Origin: a virus
Lineage: Duplodnaviria > Heunggongvirae > Uroviricota > Caudoviricetes
Strand: one strand, 5' to 3'
Virus record (IMG/VR): IMGVR_UViG_3300042562_001169
Length of the DNA: 64,000 bases
The stretch's first letter is position 1; each line of letters starts with the position of its first letter. The position numbers and the translations under genes were made by a program. The notes under the pieces are model-generated. The model was not told the origin of the DNA. It saw only the letters and a list, made by a program, of their open reading frames with translations, and searched no databases. This document shows, piece by piece, positions 44,336-53,715 of this stretch.

Positions 44336-45769
44336 TCAAATTTGTTTTCCATATTCAATAACGGTTTCAGTTTTTTCTTCTTGACGGTGACCGCCAACAT
44401 AAGTTCCACATACTTTATTACCATTATCAATCACGTCCTCAATTTGAGTCTCCCATCTAATATATAGAAGACTTGTTGATGGGTCGGTATAATTTCCTGA
44501 CATAGTTTTTTTTACACCGTTTTTAATCACACCATTAATTCTTCCTTTGTGGTGATATACATCTTCATAGGTTTCTTTAACACCTTCACTAATAACGTCC
44601 TTTATTAAATCTGTTGGGACATCCCAATCACATTCAATGGTGTCCGTAATACCTTTGTTAATAATCTTATCAATTATGTTTTCACCAACATATTGACGTG
44701 GGGTGGAACTTCTCACACCATCTCTAACGACAAGATGTGATTCTAAAATAAGTTCTCTACCGCTAGTATCTAAAATCAGAAGAGCATTCTTTTTTTGTTT
44801 TGTTTCTTTTACACCATTTTTAAGTGCGTCTTCCATTTTATTATCAAAAAATTTCATCACATCAACGTGACTAGTTTCTTTAACACCAATATCAATCACT
44901 TTATAAGCATCAACCCTAAGTTTTGACATATGATATTTAGTTTCCTTCACACCCTTATCAATTACTTCTTCACATAAAAATTGGAATTTATCTCCCGATT
45001 TGGTTTCTTTCACACCTTCTTTAATGACACCATTAATCCAACTTTGATTTTCGTACTCACTATATTGAGTGTCTCTCACACCATTTTGAATAACATCTTT
45101 AACGTCACCTCTAAATCCTTTATACTCGTAAATTTCTTTCACCCCATTTTGAATGATGTCGTTAATATCTCCAAGTTTTTTATCTGAACTTCCGTTATCG
45201 GTATCTTTAACAAGGAATGGTCGATGGAAATGGAGGGGGTCAGTTTTCTTCACACCATTTTCAAGAGTACCCTCAACTGATAAGGTTCTTTTATCGCCCC
45301 AATAATCGGTGTTCTTCACCCCATTTTGAATGATATCGTCAACCCCAAGAAGAGTACGTCGTAATGTGCTATTAGTTTCTTTCACCCCATTCTCAATGGT
45401 ATCGTCAACGGACCAACACGTTTTCATATGAGCCATCTTAGTTTTATTTACACCATTTTCAAGAGTATCTTCAAATTGTTGTTTTCTATCCCGGGCATCT
45501 CTAAAGAGTGTAACATAAGTTAACTCTTTATTTATAATATTGTCTTCCACCCATTTTGTGATGAGGTGTTGATTCTGAACGCAATCCAACGAAGCGTAAG
45601 CAAAAACACTTTTAAAAAAGTTGTAATTATACCACAGAGTTTTATTCTCAGTTAATTCAATCACCCATTGTTTAGTCTCAGTAAAGATTAACCAAGTGGA
45701 ATCATTGTGGGTGTAGGTATCCACACCTTCGGTAAATTCGTTGATTAGTTTATGTATAATTTTTTCCAT
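44336..45769 (-). CDS. 477-aa protein with about 15 degenerate repeats of the motif [IV]-x-N-G-V-K-[EK]-T
   Basis: Repeats read directly (ENGVNKT, IENGVKET, IQNGVKNT, LENGVKKT, IQNGVKEI, IQNGVRDT, IKEGVKET, IDKGVKET, IDIGVKET, LKNGVKET ...). Coupled to the acyltransferase. Confidence 0.6.
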   Translation of the reverse strand: MEKIIHKLINEFTEGVDTYTHNDSTWLIFTETKQWVIELTENKTLWYNYNFFKSVFAYASLDCVQNQHLITKWVEDNIINKELTYVTLFRDARDRKQQFEDTLENGVNKTKMAHMKTCWSVDDTIENGVKETNSTLRRTLLGVDDIIQNGVKNTDYWGDKRTLSVEGTLENGVKKTDPLHFHRPFLVKDTDNGSSDKKLGDINDIIQNGVKEIYEYKGFRGDVKDVIQNGVRDTQYSEYENQSWINGVIKEGVKETKSGDKFQFLCEEVIDKGVKETKYHMSKLRVDAYKVIDIGVKETSHVDVMKFFDNKMEDALKNGVKETKQKKNALLILDTSGRELILESHLVVRDGVRSSTPRQYVGENIIDKIINKGITDTIECDWDVPTDLIKDVISEGVKETYEDVYHHKGRINGVIKNGVKKTMSGNYTDPSTSLLYIRWETQIEDVIDNGNKVCGTYVGGHRQEEKTETVIEYGKQI

Positions 45770-45825
45770 ACAACAAAGATACTAAAACTATTTCTTATTA
45801 TCTAATAATAATTTATATTTTTACA

Positions 45826-46122
45826 ATGAAGAAGTTGATTATTATCAGAAAAGTGTTTAAGGAATTATATCCTGAGTTAAAGGTGCTTGTCCGGTATAAC
45901 CAAAAAAAGTATTTTGAAATCATTCTCAAAAATGTTAAAGGGTCTTATGTAGACGACACTTCATTTAAATATATGCTCACCATCCCGGGTTCTGAAAATA
46001 TTGTAATTGAAGATTTTGTTAATTCTTTATTTGGGTATTGTTCCATTCTCAATGAGGATAATTGTATAATAAAGTATTTGGATAAAAAAGGTTCCCGAAC
46101 AATCACTAAAATATTACAATAG
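45826..46122 (+). CDS. hypothetical protein
   Basis: ORF. Confidence 0.45.
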   Translation: MKKLIIIRKVFKELYPELKVLVRYNQKKYFEIILKNVKGSYVDDTSFKYMLTIPGSENIVIEDFVNSLFGYCSILNEDNCIIKYLDKKGSRTITKILQ

Positions 46123-46133
46123 ATTATTGATAG

Positions 46134-46340
46134 ATGAATAAATTTTATCTATACTTACCTATGGAAGAATCTAAAATAACAAGAACTATTAAGTTCGTAG
46201 ACAAAAAATGTGTTATGAAACCAATGGATGGAGAAACCGGTTTAACTGAAACTTGGAACACCCACCCAACCGTTGACAATCCAAGAGATGTTTTTTTTAA
46301 ACAAGAAGGAACCACATATTATTTAGTTTCATCTAAATAA
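46134..46340 (+). CDS. hypothetical small protein
   Basis: ORF. Confidence 0.4.
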   Translation: MNKFYLYLPMEESKITRTIKFVDKKCVMKPMDGETGLTETWNTHPTVDNPRDVFFKQEGTTYYLVSSK

Positions 46341-46384
46341 TTCTAACCTCCGGTTAAACGGGGGTTTTTTAATTTAATGAAAAT

Positions 46385-46879
46385 ATGAAATTTATTATTT
46401 GTTTATTGTTTTGTTTGGTTGGGTATTCACAGATTCCCAATAACATTATTATCGGAGATTCCCAAACTCCATACGTTGATAGAAACTCAAAAAAAGTAGA
46501 GAGGGTGGTTGGACTATGGAAAGGTGGGATTGCTGTCCCATACCTTACAAAAATGGTTCAGAGATATAAAGTTTCACCCAATGTCCAAAATGTTTTTTTG
46601 TGTATTGGAACCAACGACTTATATGTGGATAAAGGAATTGATAAATTATTTAAGTCAATACGGATTACATTTCCAAATACCAAGATTTATGTTATTCAGG
46701 GTTCTTGGGGTTGGGGTGGTGTTACTCACACCAAGTATGATAAGATTAAAAAATATTATAAACGATATCAAGAATTGGGTGGAACAATAATTGGACCACC
46801 AATTGGTAAAGGTGACCCCCATTGTGATTGTCCTGTATATAAAGAAATCGGAAAAGTTATTGATAATATCTTGTTGTGA
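46385..46879 (+). CDS. secreted SGNH/GDSL-family hydrolase (lipase/esterase)
   Basis: Signal peptide. Block I GDSQT and block III IGTNDL. Confidence 0.6.
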   Translation: MKFIICLLFCLVGYSQIPNNIIIGDSQTPYVDRNSKKVERVVGLWKGGIAVPYLTKMVQRYKVSPNVQNVFLCIGTNDLYVDKGIDKLFKSIRITFPNTKIYVIQGSWGWGGVTHTKYDKIKKYYKRYQELGGTIIGPPIGKGDPHCDCPVYKEIGKVIDNILL

Positions 46880-46892
46880 GATATTTATTGAT

Positions 46893-47285
46893 ATGAAAAT
46901 TATAATAACTGAGAGTAAATTAAATCAAGCGGTCATTGATTACCTGAACGAGACATACGATACCAATAACATTGGTTGGACATATGGTATTGATGATTGG
47001 GGTAATGAAGTGGACTACGCAATTGAATTTTATACTGACGATTATGATGAAGGTGATAATACTTTATTTAGATGGTATGGTGAAGATTATTGGGATAGTG
47101 ATGATGCTGATGGTTGGGGTGAACCATATCGTAGCGAATTAAAAAGTAAATCTCCTTTGTTAATATTTGAAAATGATGATGTTTTTATTGCTTTAAACGG
47201 TTATTTTGGTGATAAATGGAAACAACCATTTATTGATTGGTTTTGGGATAAATTCCACGTACCGGTTAAGACAATCAATAAGTAG
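46893..47285 (+). CDS. MKIIITE-family paralog (MKIIITESKLNQAVIDYLNETYD; C-term DWFWDKFHVPVKTINK)
   Basis: ATG at 46893 preceded by gagatatttattgat. The track start at 46791 overlaps the upstream gene. Confidence 0.55.
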   Translation: MKIIITESKLNQAVIDYLNETYDTNNIGWTYGIDDWGNEVDYAIEFYTDDYDEGDNTLFRWYGEDYWDSDDADGWGEPYRSELKSKSPLLIFENDDVFIALNGYFGDKWKQPFIDWFWDKFHVPVKTINK

Positions 47286-47366
47286 TGGAAAATAATTGAT
47301 AAAATACCTCTTTTAGTGGAAAAAAACGCCATAAATGGTATAAAATTTGATATTTAATGGAAAACT

Positions 47367-47627
47367 ATGAAAAAAATTGTATTACTTTTAATGTTGGTTT
47401 TGTTAACTTCTTGTGAAGGTTATCAGACTATGGTTTACGCTTACGGTATTCGTCAAAGACCAGAACCACAACCAAGACCAAAACGAGTGTATCATTATTA
47501 CACACCATACACTTATTATCCGGTAGTGACTCCGGTTTATGTTTATCCACGAAGATTTTCCGCACCATATTTTAATGTTAGAGGGAACAACTTTGAACAA
47601 CAACATCAGGGGGGAAGAAGACGTTAA
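47367..47627 (+). CDS. small Pro/Tyr-rich lipoprotein (MKKIVLLLMLVLLTSC...)
   Basis: Cys lipobox. Confidence 0.5.
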   Translation: MKKIVLLLMLVLLTSCEGYQTMVYAYGIRQRPEPQPRPKRVYHYYTPYTYYPVVTPVYVYPRRFSAPYFNVRGNNFEQQHQGGRRR

Positions 47628-47751
47628 TTTTTTTTAATCAATTTGGATTTTTATTTTTTTGAGATATTTATAAAAACTAGAGCATTATATTACTAGTTTT
47701 TTTTATTAAATTTATTCTTATTATTAAGATAAAAATATCAAGACCCAAATT

Positions 47752-47775
47752 CCCTCCTGTCCGGAGGGTTTTTTA
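47752..47775 (+). terminator. rho-independent terminator
   Basis: ccctcctgtccggaggg followed by tttttt. Confidence 0.7.
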
Positions 47776-47796
47776 TTTACACAGATATTTATAGTT

Positions 47797-48915
47797 ATGA
47801 AAATTAAGATTACCGAAACTCAATATAAAAATTTAGACGAAGCCGTTGGTGTCCCAACCAATATTATTTCCGTCTCCCAACAACTATACGATAAGATGAT
47901 GTTGGAACTTAGACCCAACGCCAATTTAAACGCTCAATTCCAAAAAACAATTACCTTAAAAGGTGATTTTCAAATTAACGAATATAAGTTTGACACAATA
48001 AAATTATCTTTTAATGTTCACGATTTGGATGATTATGAATTTGACGGTATAGAAAAACCTAAAGTGTTGTTAAATGGTATGACACACCACGGGAAGGTTA
48101 AGATGAATGCTAAGTTTAATTATGAGGCAAACCAAAATATGAACAAAATTGAATTGTCAATTACTTTTGTTGTTGATAATGATGCGACAAGTCAAGACGT
48201 TATTGATGAGTTTAAGAAAGAACGAACATTAATGATTTCAAGTTTGGCTCACGAACTAAAACACGCTTATGATGAATCTGTTAACCCAATAGTTCAAACA
48301 CATAAAAGAGTTGATTATAATATTGGGACTCAAAGAAGATTTGGGAATATCCCACCGTTAAATAAATTATTAAATTATATGTATTTTGCTCACACCACAG
48401 AAAATTTGGTTAGAGCAACTGAAGTATATGCCGCGTTGGAAGAGAGTGGAATCACAAAGGAAGATTTTCTTAAATTTATCACAAACCATAAAGTTTACGT
48501 TGCCTATAAAGATGGGATTAATTTAACTTACGAGGGATTAAAAGAAGATTTAAAGAATATTATTCCTCAAATTAAACAAACTTTTGACGATAGTGGTATT
48601 AGTTATCCGGAGGACGCATCTGATGATGAGATGGTTGAAGTGACATTAGAGGTATTCTTTAAAACATTATTACAATGGAAAGCTGGTGGTATGAGAGATT
48701 TTTTAACCGATGATTTTATGGAAGAACTATTTGGATTCAGAGGTGCTAAACAAAGATATTTTGATAAGTATCTTAGTAAGATTACTCGATTTGGTAACGA
48801 CTACGAGAAATTCTTCAAATATGAGATTAATCAAACAAGAAACATTTGTCTTAAGATGACAAAAAAATTAAGTAAATTATATTCCTTAATAAAAGACAAA
48901 AACCCCCAACAATAG
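47797..48915 (+). CDS. 372-aa protein with family leader (MKIKITETQYKNL) and HExxH motif (LAHELKHAYDE): putative zinc metallohydrolase
   Basis: Motifs read from the translation. The fold is not established. Confidence 0.5.
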   Translation: MKIKITETQYKNLDEAVGVPTNIISVSQQLYDKMMLELRPNANLNAQFQKTITLKGDFQINEYKFDTIKLSFNVHDLDDYEFDGIEKPKVLLNGMTHHGKVKMNAKFNYEANQNMNKIELSITFVVDNDATSQDVIDEFKKERTLMISSLAHELKHAYDESVNPIVQTHKRVDYNIGTQRRFGNIPPLNKLLNYMYFAHTTENLVRATEVYAALEESGITKEDFLKFITNHKVYVAYKDGINLTYEGLKEDLKNIIPQIKQTFDDSGISYPEDASDDEMVEVTLEVFFKTLLQWKAGGMRDFLTDDFMEELFGFRGAKQRYFDKYLSKITRFGNDYEKFFKYEINQTRNICLKMTKKLSKLYSLIKDKNPQQ

Positions 48916-48933
48916 TTGAGGGTTTTTTTATTA

Positions 48934-49266
48934 TTAAGATTTAAATTTTTCTCCTTTAACTTTCACCCATTCCAAATCACCATCTAAAATTAAGACATCA
49001 CTATATGATGGGACATCTTTAGTGTTTTCCTCGGTGTGTTTATCATCATAATCATCCCCAATAGATGGGATAACTTTAACAAAATCAGAACCTTCTTCGG
49101 TGATTGTTATTTTCCATTCACCATTATATAAAATAGTTCCTTTAGTCCCTAATGAAGTTTTAAACTTGATAGGTTTTCTCTCGGATGAGTAAGCCTCGAC
49201 CTCATCAATAATTTGTCCGTCAATCTCAATTAAATCATCGGACGCTCCGTAAATCCTTGTTATCAT
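48934..49266 (-). CDS. hypothetical protein
   Basis: ORF downstream of clpP on the minus strand. Confidence 0.45.
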   Translation of the reverse strand: MITRIYGASDDLIEIDGQIIDEVEAYSSERKPIKFKTSLGTKGTILYNGEWKITITEEGSDFVKVIPSIGDDYDDKHTEENTKDVPSYSDVLILDGDLEWVKVKGEKFKS

Positions 49267-49267
49267 A

Positions 49268-50002
49268 TTATCGTTTTAAGATTTCTTTAGAGTAAAATTC
49301 ATCAAACCCAACCATCATTTCTGTCATAGATTTGTTTGTCTCTAATCCAACGATGTTATCAATTAAACCAAACTTTTTCGCCTCATCTGAGTTGAACCAT
49401 TTGTCATTTCTTGATGACTCATACATCTCGTCAAATGTTTTCCCACAATTCTCCGCCAAGATTTTGAATAACATATAGTTATACTTCTCCGCCTCCAATT
49501 GGTTGATACGAGTGTCCTGAACATTTCCTTGTGTTCCGTGAGATACCATATGTGTCATAATTTTTGAGAAGATTAATGAACTTCTTTTTCCTTTGGCTCC
49601 TGACGATACTAATACGGAACCCATAGACGCACACATCCCAACATTTAATGTTGCAACATCCGGTTTGATGTAGTTCATAGTATCTCGGATTCCAAGACCT
49701 GACAATACGGAACCTCCCGGAGTGTCAAGATACATACTGATATCTTTTTTATCTGTGGTTTCCAAGAAGATAAGTTGAGCTTGTATGATAGATGCCATCT
49801 GACTCTCAACCGGTCCGGAAACCCAAATAATTCTGTCCATCATAAGTCGGGAGAAAATATCAAGTTGAGTTGCTCTCATCTCTCTTTCTTCCAAAATGTA
49901 TGGAGTAACACTCTCGATGTGTTTTTGGTAGTAATCCAAATTAAGTCCTGAAATACCTCTGTCGCTCATCGCGAACTTTTGAAACTCTTTTCCGTAATTC
50001 AT
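49268..50002 (-). CDS. clpP: ATP-dependent Clp protease proteolytic subunit ClpP
   Basis: Canonical blocks: LDTPGGSV, catalytic Ser in GMCASMGS and catalytic His in MTHMVSHG. Full-length match to bacterial ClpP. Confidence 0.85.
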   Translation of the reverse strand: MNYGKEFQKFAMSDRGISGLNLDYYQKHIESVTPYILEEREMRATQLDIFSRLMMDRIIWVSGPVESQMASIIQAQLIFLETTDKKDISMYLDTPGGSVLSGLGIRDTMNYIKPDVATLNVGMCASMGSVLVSSGAKGKRSSLIFSKIMTHMVSHGTQGNVQDTRINQLEAEKYNYMLFKILAENCGKTFDEMYESSRNDKWFNSDEAKKFGLIDNIVGLETNKSMTEMMVGFDEFYSKEILKR

Positions 50003-50259
50003 TATGCTTTTTGTTTGGTTGGTACTAATGTTAATGCTTTTGCAACGGCAGCATCTTTGGACTTTAATCCTTTCTCAATAAGTTTTCCGTTTTTGTAGAT
50101 TCGGAAATCATACGTCATTGAATACCCGTGTTTTTTTGTTGTATCTGGTTTTGACGTTGCTAACACATAAATGTCATTAAGACCCACTTTAACAACATAC
50201 TTCCCTTTTGAACTTTGTTTTCCCATCTTTAAATGTTTTAGATTATTAATATTGGACAA
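50002..50259 (-). CDS. small basic protein
   Basis: Its stop overlaps the clpP start (TAATG). Confidence 0.45.
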   Translation of the reverse strand: MSNINNLKHLKMGKQSSKGKYVVKVGLNDIYVLATSKPDTTKKHGYSMTYDFRIYKNGKLIEKGLKSKDAAVAKALTLVPTKQKA

Positions 50260-50325
50260 AGATATACAAAAAATGTTATTACAACAACTTTTAATTAAAA
50301 ATATTTTTATTATACTTGTGGTATT

Positions 50326-50559
50326 ATGGAGCAGAAAAAATTTGAAAAGATATTATATTCATTATATCCCGACCTTGAGGTTATGGACTACACCTTGTTT
50401 GAGAGGTATGACGTTGGTGAGGATGGTCAATTTGAGAATAAAATGACTTCGGCAATTTTTGTTACGGTTAAAGGTGAGTTTCAAAGTACCGGTGTTAGTA
50501 TTGGTGAAGATATTAGTCGTATGGCAAATATTGAAGTTGTTGTAGATAAATTTGAATAA
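50326..50559 (+). CDS. hypothetical small protein
   Basis: ORF. Confidence 0.4.
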   Translation: MEQKKFEKILYSLYPDLEVMDYTLFERYDVGEDGQFENKMTSAIFVTVKGEFQSTGVSIGEDISRMANIEVVVDKFE

Positions 50560-50979
50560 ATGGAGAAGAAACCGGATTTAGTTGTTTGGAGTGAAAAGGA
50601 TGGTTACGACGCAAAATTAAAGTCGTATCCGACGAGTGCTGGTGGTCAAGGTTTTGACTTACCTAATGTTCCGTTGTTTAGAGAACAGTCATCAAAAAAG
50701 ATGATGGATGTCTTTAACAGGGAACATCAAGAAATAAAAGAAAGGATTGAAAAGATGTATGATGAGTATAATACTTCCATTATGGTGTGGGAATCTAAAA
50801 TTTCTTTTGAGCCGATAGTAGGAAAGTCATATTTTTTATATAACTTTGCAGGAGAATTAACATTATCTCTTATTGCACCCAATGAATGGAGACGAGGAGA
50901 CGATTTTGTTGGTGAGTATTTATTAAATTCTGATAACAAATGGATAACAAAAAATCTTGCAAAGAATGTCCCTGGATAG
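50560..50979 (+). CDS. hypothetical protein
   Basis: ORF. Confidence 0.45.
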   Translation: MEKKPDLVVWSEKDGYDAKLKSYPTSAGGQGFDLPNVPLFREQSSKKMMDVFNREHQEIKERIEKMYDEYNTSIMVWESKISFEPIVGKSYFLYNFAGELTLSLIAPNEWRRGDDFVGEYLLNSDNKWITKNLAKNVPG

Positions 50980-51161
50980 TTAGGAATCACTTTAACGATA
51001 TGATTATCGGACATTCAATGAAACACGACAAGTCCCACAATTGTCATATGATACCTCCGGATAAAAGAGGTGGTCTGTGGGAAACAAAAGAAGAAACTAA
51101 ATGTATTGGTAGAAAACAATTTGAAAAACAAAAAGAATATGAAAGCAACATTATCGTATAA
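50940..51161 (+). CDS. small Cys/His-rich protein (CKECPW ... HNCH)
   Basis: ORF overlapping the end of the previous gene. Confidence 0.35.
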   Translation: MDNKKSCKECPWIVRNHFNDMIIGHSMKHDKSHNCHMIPPDKRGGLWETKEETKCIGRKQFEKQKEYESNIIV

Positions 51162-51387
51162 CTTAAACGACCCGGATGACAGAATGGCTCATATGAGAGC
51201 GGTTAAATCTTTGGATATGGCATCCGCATTATTTGAAATTACAAGAAACCTAAAAAAACAAGTTGAAAGAAAGTTTGAGAATGATGATAAAGAATATGAC
51301 GAATTTGATGGTATCCAAGAGGTATTTGAAAGAATTTACGAAATATTGGGAGATAACAGTATAGATATAGATGAATTAATTAATTAA
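51139..51387 (+). CDS. hypothetical protein (MKATLSYN...)
   Basis: Internal ATG at 51139. Confidence 0.4.
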   Translation: MKATLSYNLNDPDDRMAHMRAVKSLDMASALFEITRNLKKQVERKFENDDKEYDEFDGIQEVFERIYEILGDNSIDIDELIN

Positions 51388-51390
51388 GGT

Positions 51391-51594
51391 ATGGAACAAA
51401 CAGAATTAGAATTTATGTTCTTTATGAAAGGAACATCAGGGTCATTTATGACAAACTTATTTAAAACCATAATGAATGCTGATATAGGTAATCAAGTAAA
51501 ACTATCATTGGGATTCCCTAACGAAGTTGAGGTGGTTCGTAGATATCAAAACGAAGATGGTTATTGGCAAGAATTACAAAAAAAATTAGGGTAA
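51391..51594 (+). CDS. hypothetical small protein
   Basis: ORF. Confidence 0.4.
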   Translation: MEQTELEFMFFMKGTSGSFMTNLFKTIMNADIGNQVKLSLGFPNEVEVVRRYQNEDGYWQELQKKLG

Positions 51595-51595
51595 T

Positions 51596-51982
51596 ATGAA
51601 AAAAAATACACGAATAGCGGTAATTGCTCACGACGGGAAAAAAGCGGATATGGTCGCCTTTATTATGAAGAGATTAGATTTCTTTAAAAAGGTTGATGTT
51701 ATGGCAACAGGTACAACTGGAAAACATATTGAACACGCGGGACTTGATGTGAATTGTCTTAAATCAGGTCCTTTAGGTGGTGATGCTCAAATTGCTTCGT
51801 TAATATCTGATGGTAAAATAGACGCTGTTGTGTTTTTTATTGACCCATTAGGTCTTCATCCCCATCAGGTAGATGTGAATATGTTATTACGAATTTGTAA
51901 TGTTTATAATATACCATTGGCGACAAATTATTCCACAGCATCTTTAGTAATAAGTGGACTTAAAAAAAAATTAAAACTGTAA
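51596..51982 (+). CDS. mgsA: methylglyoxal synthase
   Basis: IAVIAHDGKK, ATGTTG, GPLGGDAQIASLI, IDAVVFFIDPLGLHPHQVDVNMLLR and NIPLATN align block-for-block with E. coli MgsA. Confidence 0.8.
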   Translation: MKKNTRIAVIAHDGKKADMVAFIMKRLDFFKKVDVMATGTTGKHIEHAGLDVNCLKSGPLGGDAQIASLISDGKIDAVVFFIDPLGLHPHQVDVNMLLRICNVYNIPLATNYSTASLVISGLKKKLKL

Positions 51983-51996
51983 CGTTAAATTAAATT

Positions 51997-52449
51997 ATGA
52001 AAAAGTTAGTATTATTATTGTGTTTAGTATTGTCATCGTGTTATGTTCCTGAAGTTCACGAAGGACCAATAGATAACACCGGACCAATTATCGTAAATCC
52101 CCCACCGGGTAGTGGAGGCGTTATCACAACACAAAGTTTGGTTGGTCAAACTTGGAAAATATTTTATTACCGAGTTGGTCCGATGGGAACGGTTATGAGT
52201 GCGAATGACACGTTAATCTTTTTAACCTCATCGACTTACACTTATAACGGATATCAATCAACATACTACTTAACCCCAACCGGTTCCGGATATAATTTAA
52301 GTTTGTATGAAACTCCTTGGGGTAATTTGAGTGGTTCAATATTATCAAACAATATAACTCAGGGACAAATATTGGGAACCAAGTTTGTGGACATCTCAAC
52401 CGGGTCGTCAAATACCACTGAGTATTACTTGTGGATGAACAAAATATAA
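51997..52449 (+). CDS. lipoprotein (MKKLVLLLCLVLSSC...), Ser/Thr/Gly-rich
   Basis: Cys lipobox. Confidence 0.5.
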   Translation: MKKLVLLLCLVLSSCYVPEVHEGPIDNTGPIIVNPPPGSGGVITTQSLVGQTWKIFYYRVGPMGTVMSANDTLIFLTSSTYTYNGYQSTYYLTPTGSGYNLSLYETPWGNLSGSILSNNITQGQILGTKFVDISTGSSNTTEYYLWMNKI

Positions 52450-52496
52450 CGATGTCTCCGACATTGATGTCGGGGACATATTAAAAAAATAATAAA

Positions 52497-53051
52497 ATGG
52501 ATAACGCAATTTACGAATACATAAAAAACGGAATAACTATTAATGGTAATCCAATTGATGGATATACTGTTTTCACAATCCCAACCCAACATTTCAAAAT
52601 TGATAATTTGGATGAATTAACGAAATGGACTTTTGAAAATGAGATTAGAAAACAGAAAGAACACGATGAATTAACTTCTGAGATATTCAAGGAAGTTCAA
52701 AAAGAAATTGACCAAGAGATTCTAAACCAATTACGTGGTGGTGAACCTAACCCGGATTTCATCCCAATGAATACGACTGATAGATTATTTCATAAATTTT
52801 TGGATGCTCCTGACCCCGATGCTGACCCGGACGTAATATGGGGTAAAAACCAATTTGTTAATATGTTATTAACCGATGATGACTTCTACCAAAAGTGGGG
52901 TGAGAATTGTTGTGAAGAATTAACTTACGAAGAAAGATATAAATATTGGTTTTCACATAACTATGAAACCGGATTTGAATATACACCAACTATTGAACCC
53001 GATTTTGATAATGATTATTTTGAACCAACACCAAAAAGAAAATTAAAATAA
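52497..53051 (+). CDS. hypothetical acidic protein (contains TDDDFYQKWGE)
   Basis: ORF. Confidence 0.5.
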   Translation: MDNAIYEYIKNGITINGNPIDGYTVFTIPTQHFKIDNLDELTKWTFENEIRKQKEHDELTSEIFKEVQKEIDQEILNQLRGGEPNPDFIPMNTTDRLFHKFLDAPDPDADPDVIWGKNQFVNMLLTDDDFYQKWGENCCEELTYEERYKYWFSHNYETGFEYTPTIEPDFDNDYFEPTPKRKLK

Positions 53052-53052
53052 A

Positions 53053-53715
53053 ATGGAATTAAGTGTAATGGAAAGGTATGTTGCATTCATTTGTAGTGAA
53101 CTACCAAAAACAAGAAGAGTATTACTAACGCCACCACCTCCAATGGAAAACGGAGAGTATGGGTATAAGAGAATGAGTAAAGTCGGACCTCACGTTTATA
53201 TGCCTGTGGAAATTGAGATTGTTGAAACATATACTCGTTCTGCTAAGTTGTGTGTCAAATTTGAGGATTATCAAATGAATGATATTTTCTATATGTCCCG
53301 TCATAAAGGACCGGATAAATTATTGGAGGAAATTGACAAGAAGATTGATAAGATTGTTAATAGAACCTTGATTGATGATGGAAGACAGGAGTGGGTTAGA
53401 GAACAATATAAAATCAAGAGTGATGATTTCCCGTTATTTAAACTTCGTCCGGGAGTTGAGGTTGATGTGTATGGTGATTTGTATAAGAGGTATCTTGTAC
53501 ATACTATTGAAGGTGTGAAAAATGGTTTTGATAGAATAAAAGGTTATTTAGATAATTGTTTAGTTGAGTTTGATGGTTCATATGAACACTTCTCTAACCC
53601 ATCATTCCAATATGGGTATAGACCTCATACACAAGAAGAATTTATTGAGAAGTTAAAAACCGACGAGGAGTTTAACAAAAAGTGGGGTGGTATGAGAAAA
53701 AATATTGTTGAGTAA
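53053..53715 (+). CDS. hypothetical protein whose C-terminus (TQEEFIEKLKTDEEFNKKWGG) copies the ThyA small-domain insert
   Basis: 19 of 23 residues are identical to ThyA TQEEFINKIKTDDEFAKKWGE. Confidence 0.5.
   Translation: MELSVMERYVAFICSELPKTRRVLLTPPPPMENGEYGYKRMSKVGPHVYMPVEIEIVETYTRSAKLCVKFEDYQMNDIFYMSRHKGPDKLLEEIDKKIDKIVNRTLIDDGRQEWVREQYKIKSDDFPLFKLRPGVEVDVYGDLYKRYLVHTIEGVKNGFDRIKGYLDNCLVEFDGSYEHFSNPSFQYGYRPHTQEEFIEKLKTDEEFNKKWGGMRKNIVE

Noticed and set aside
49268-50002. ClpP as the prohead protease that would process the ITE leaders
   Set aside because: Neighbours are not morphogenesis genes, and the sequence is a canonical housekeeping-type ClpP. Kept only as an open question.
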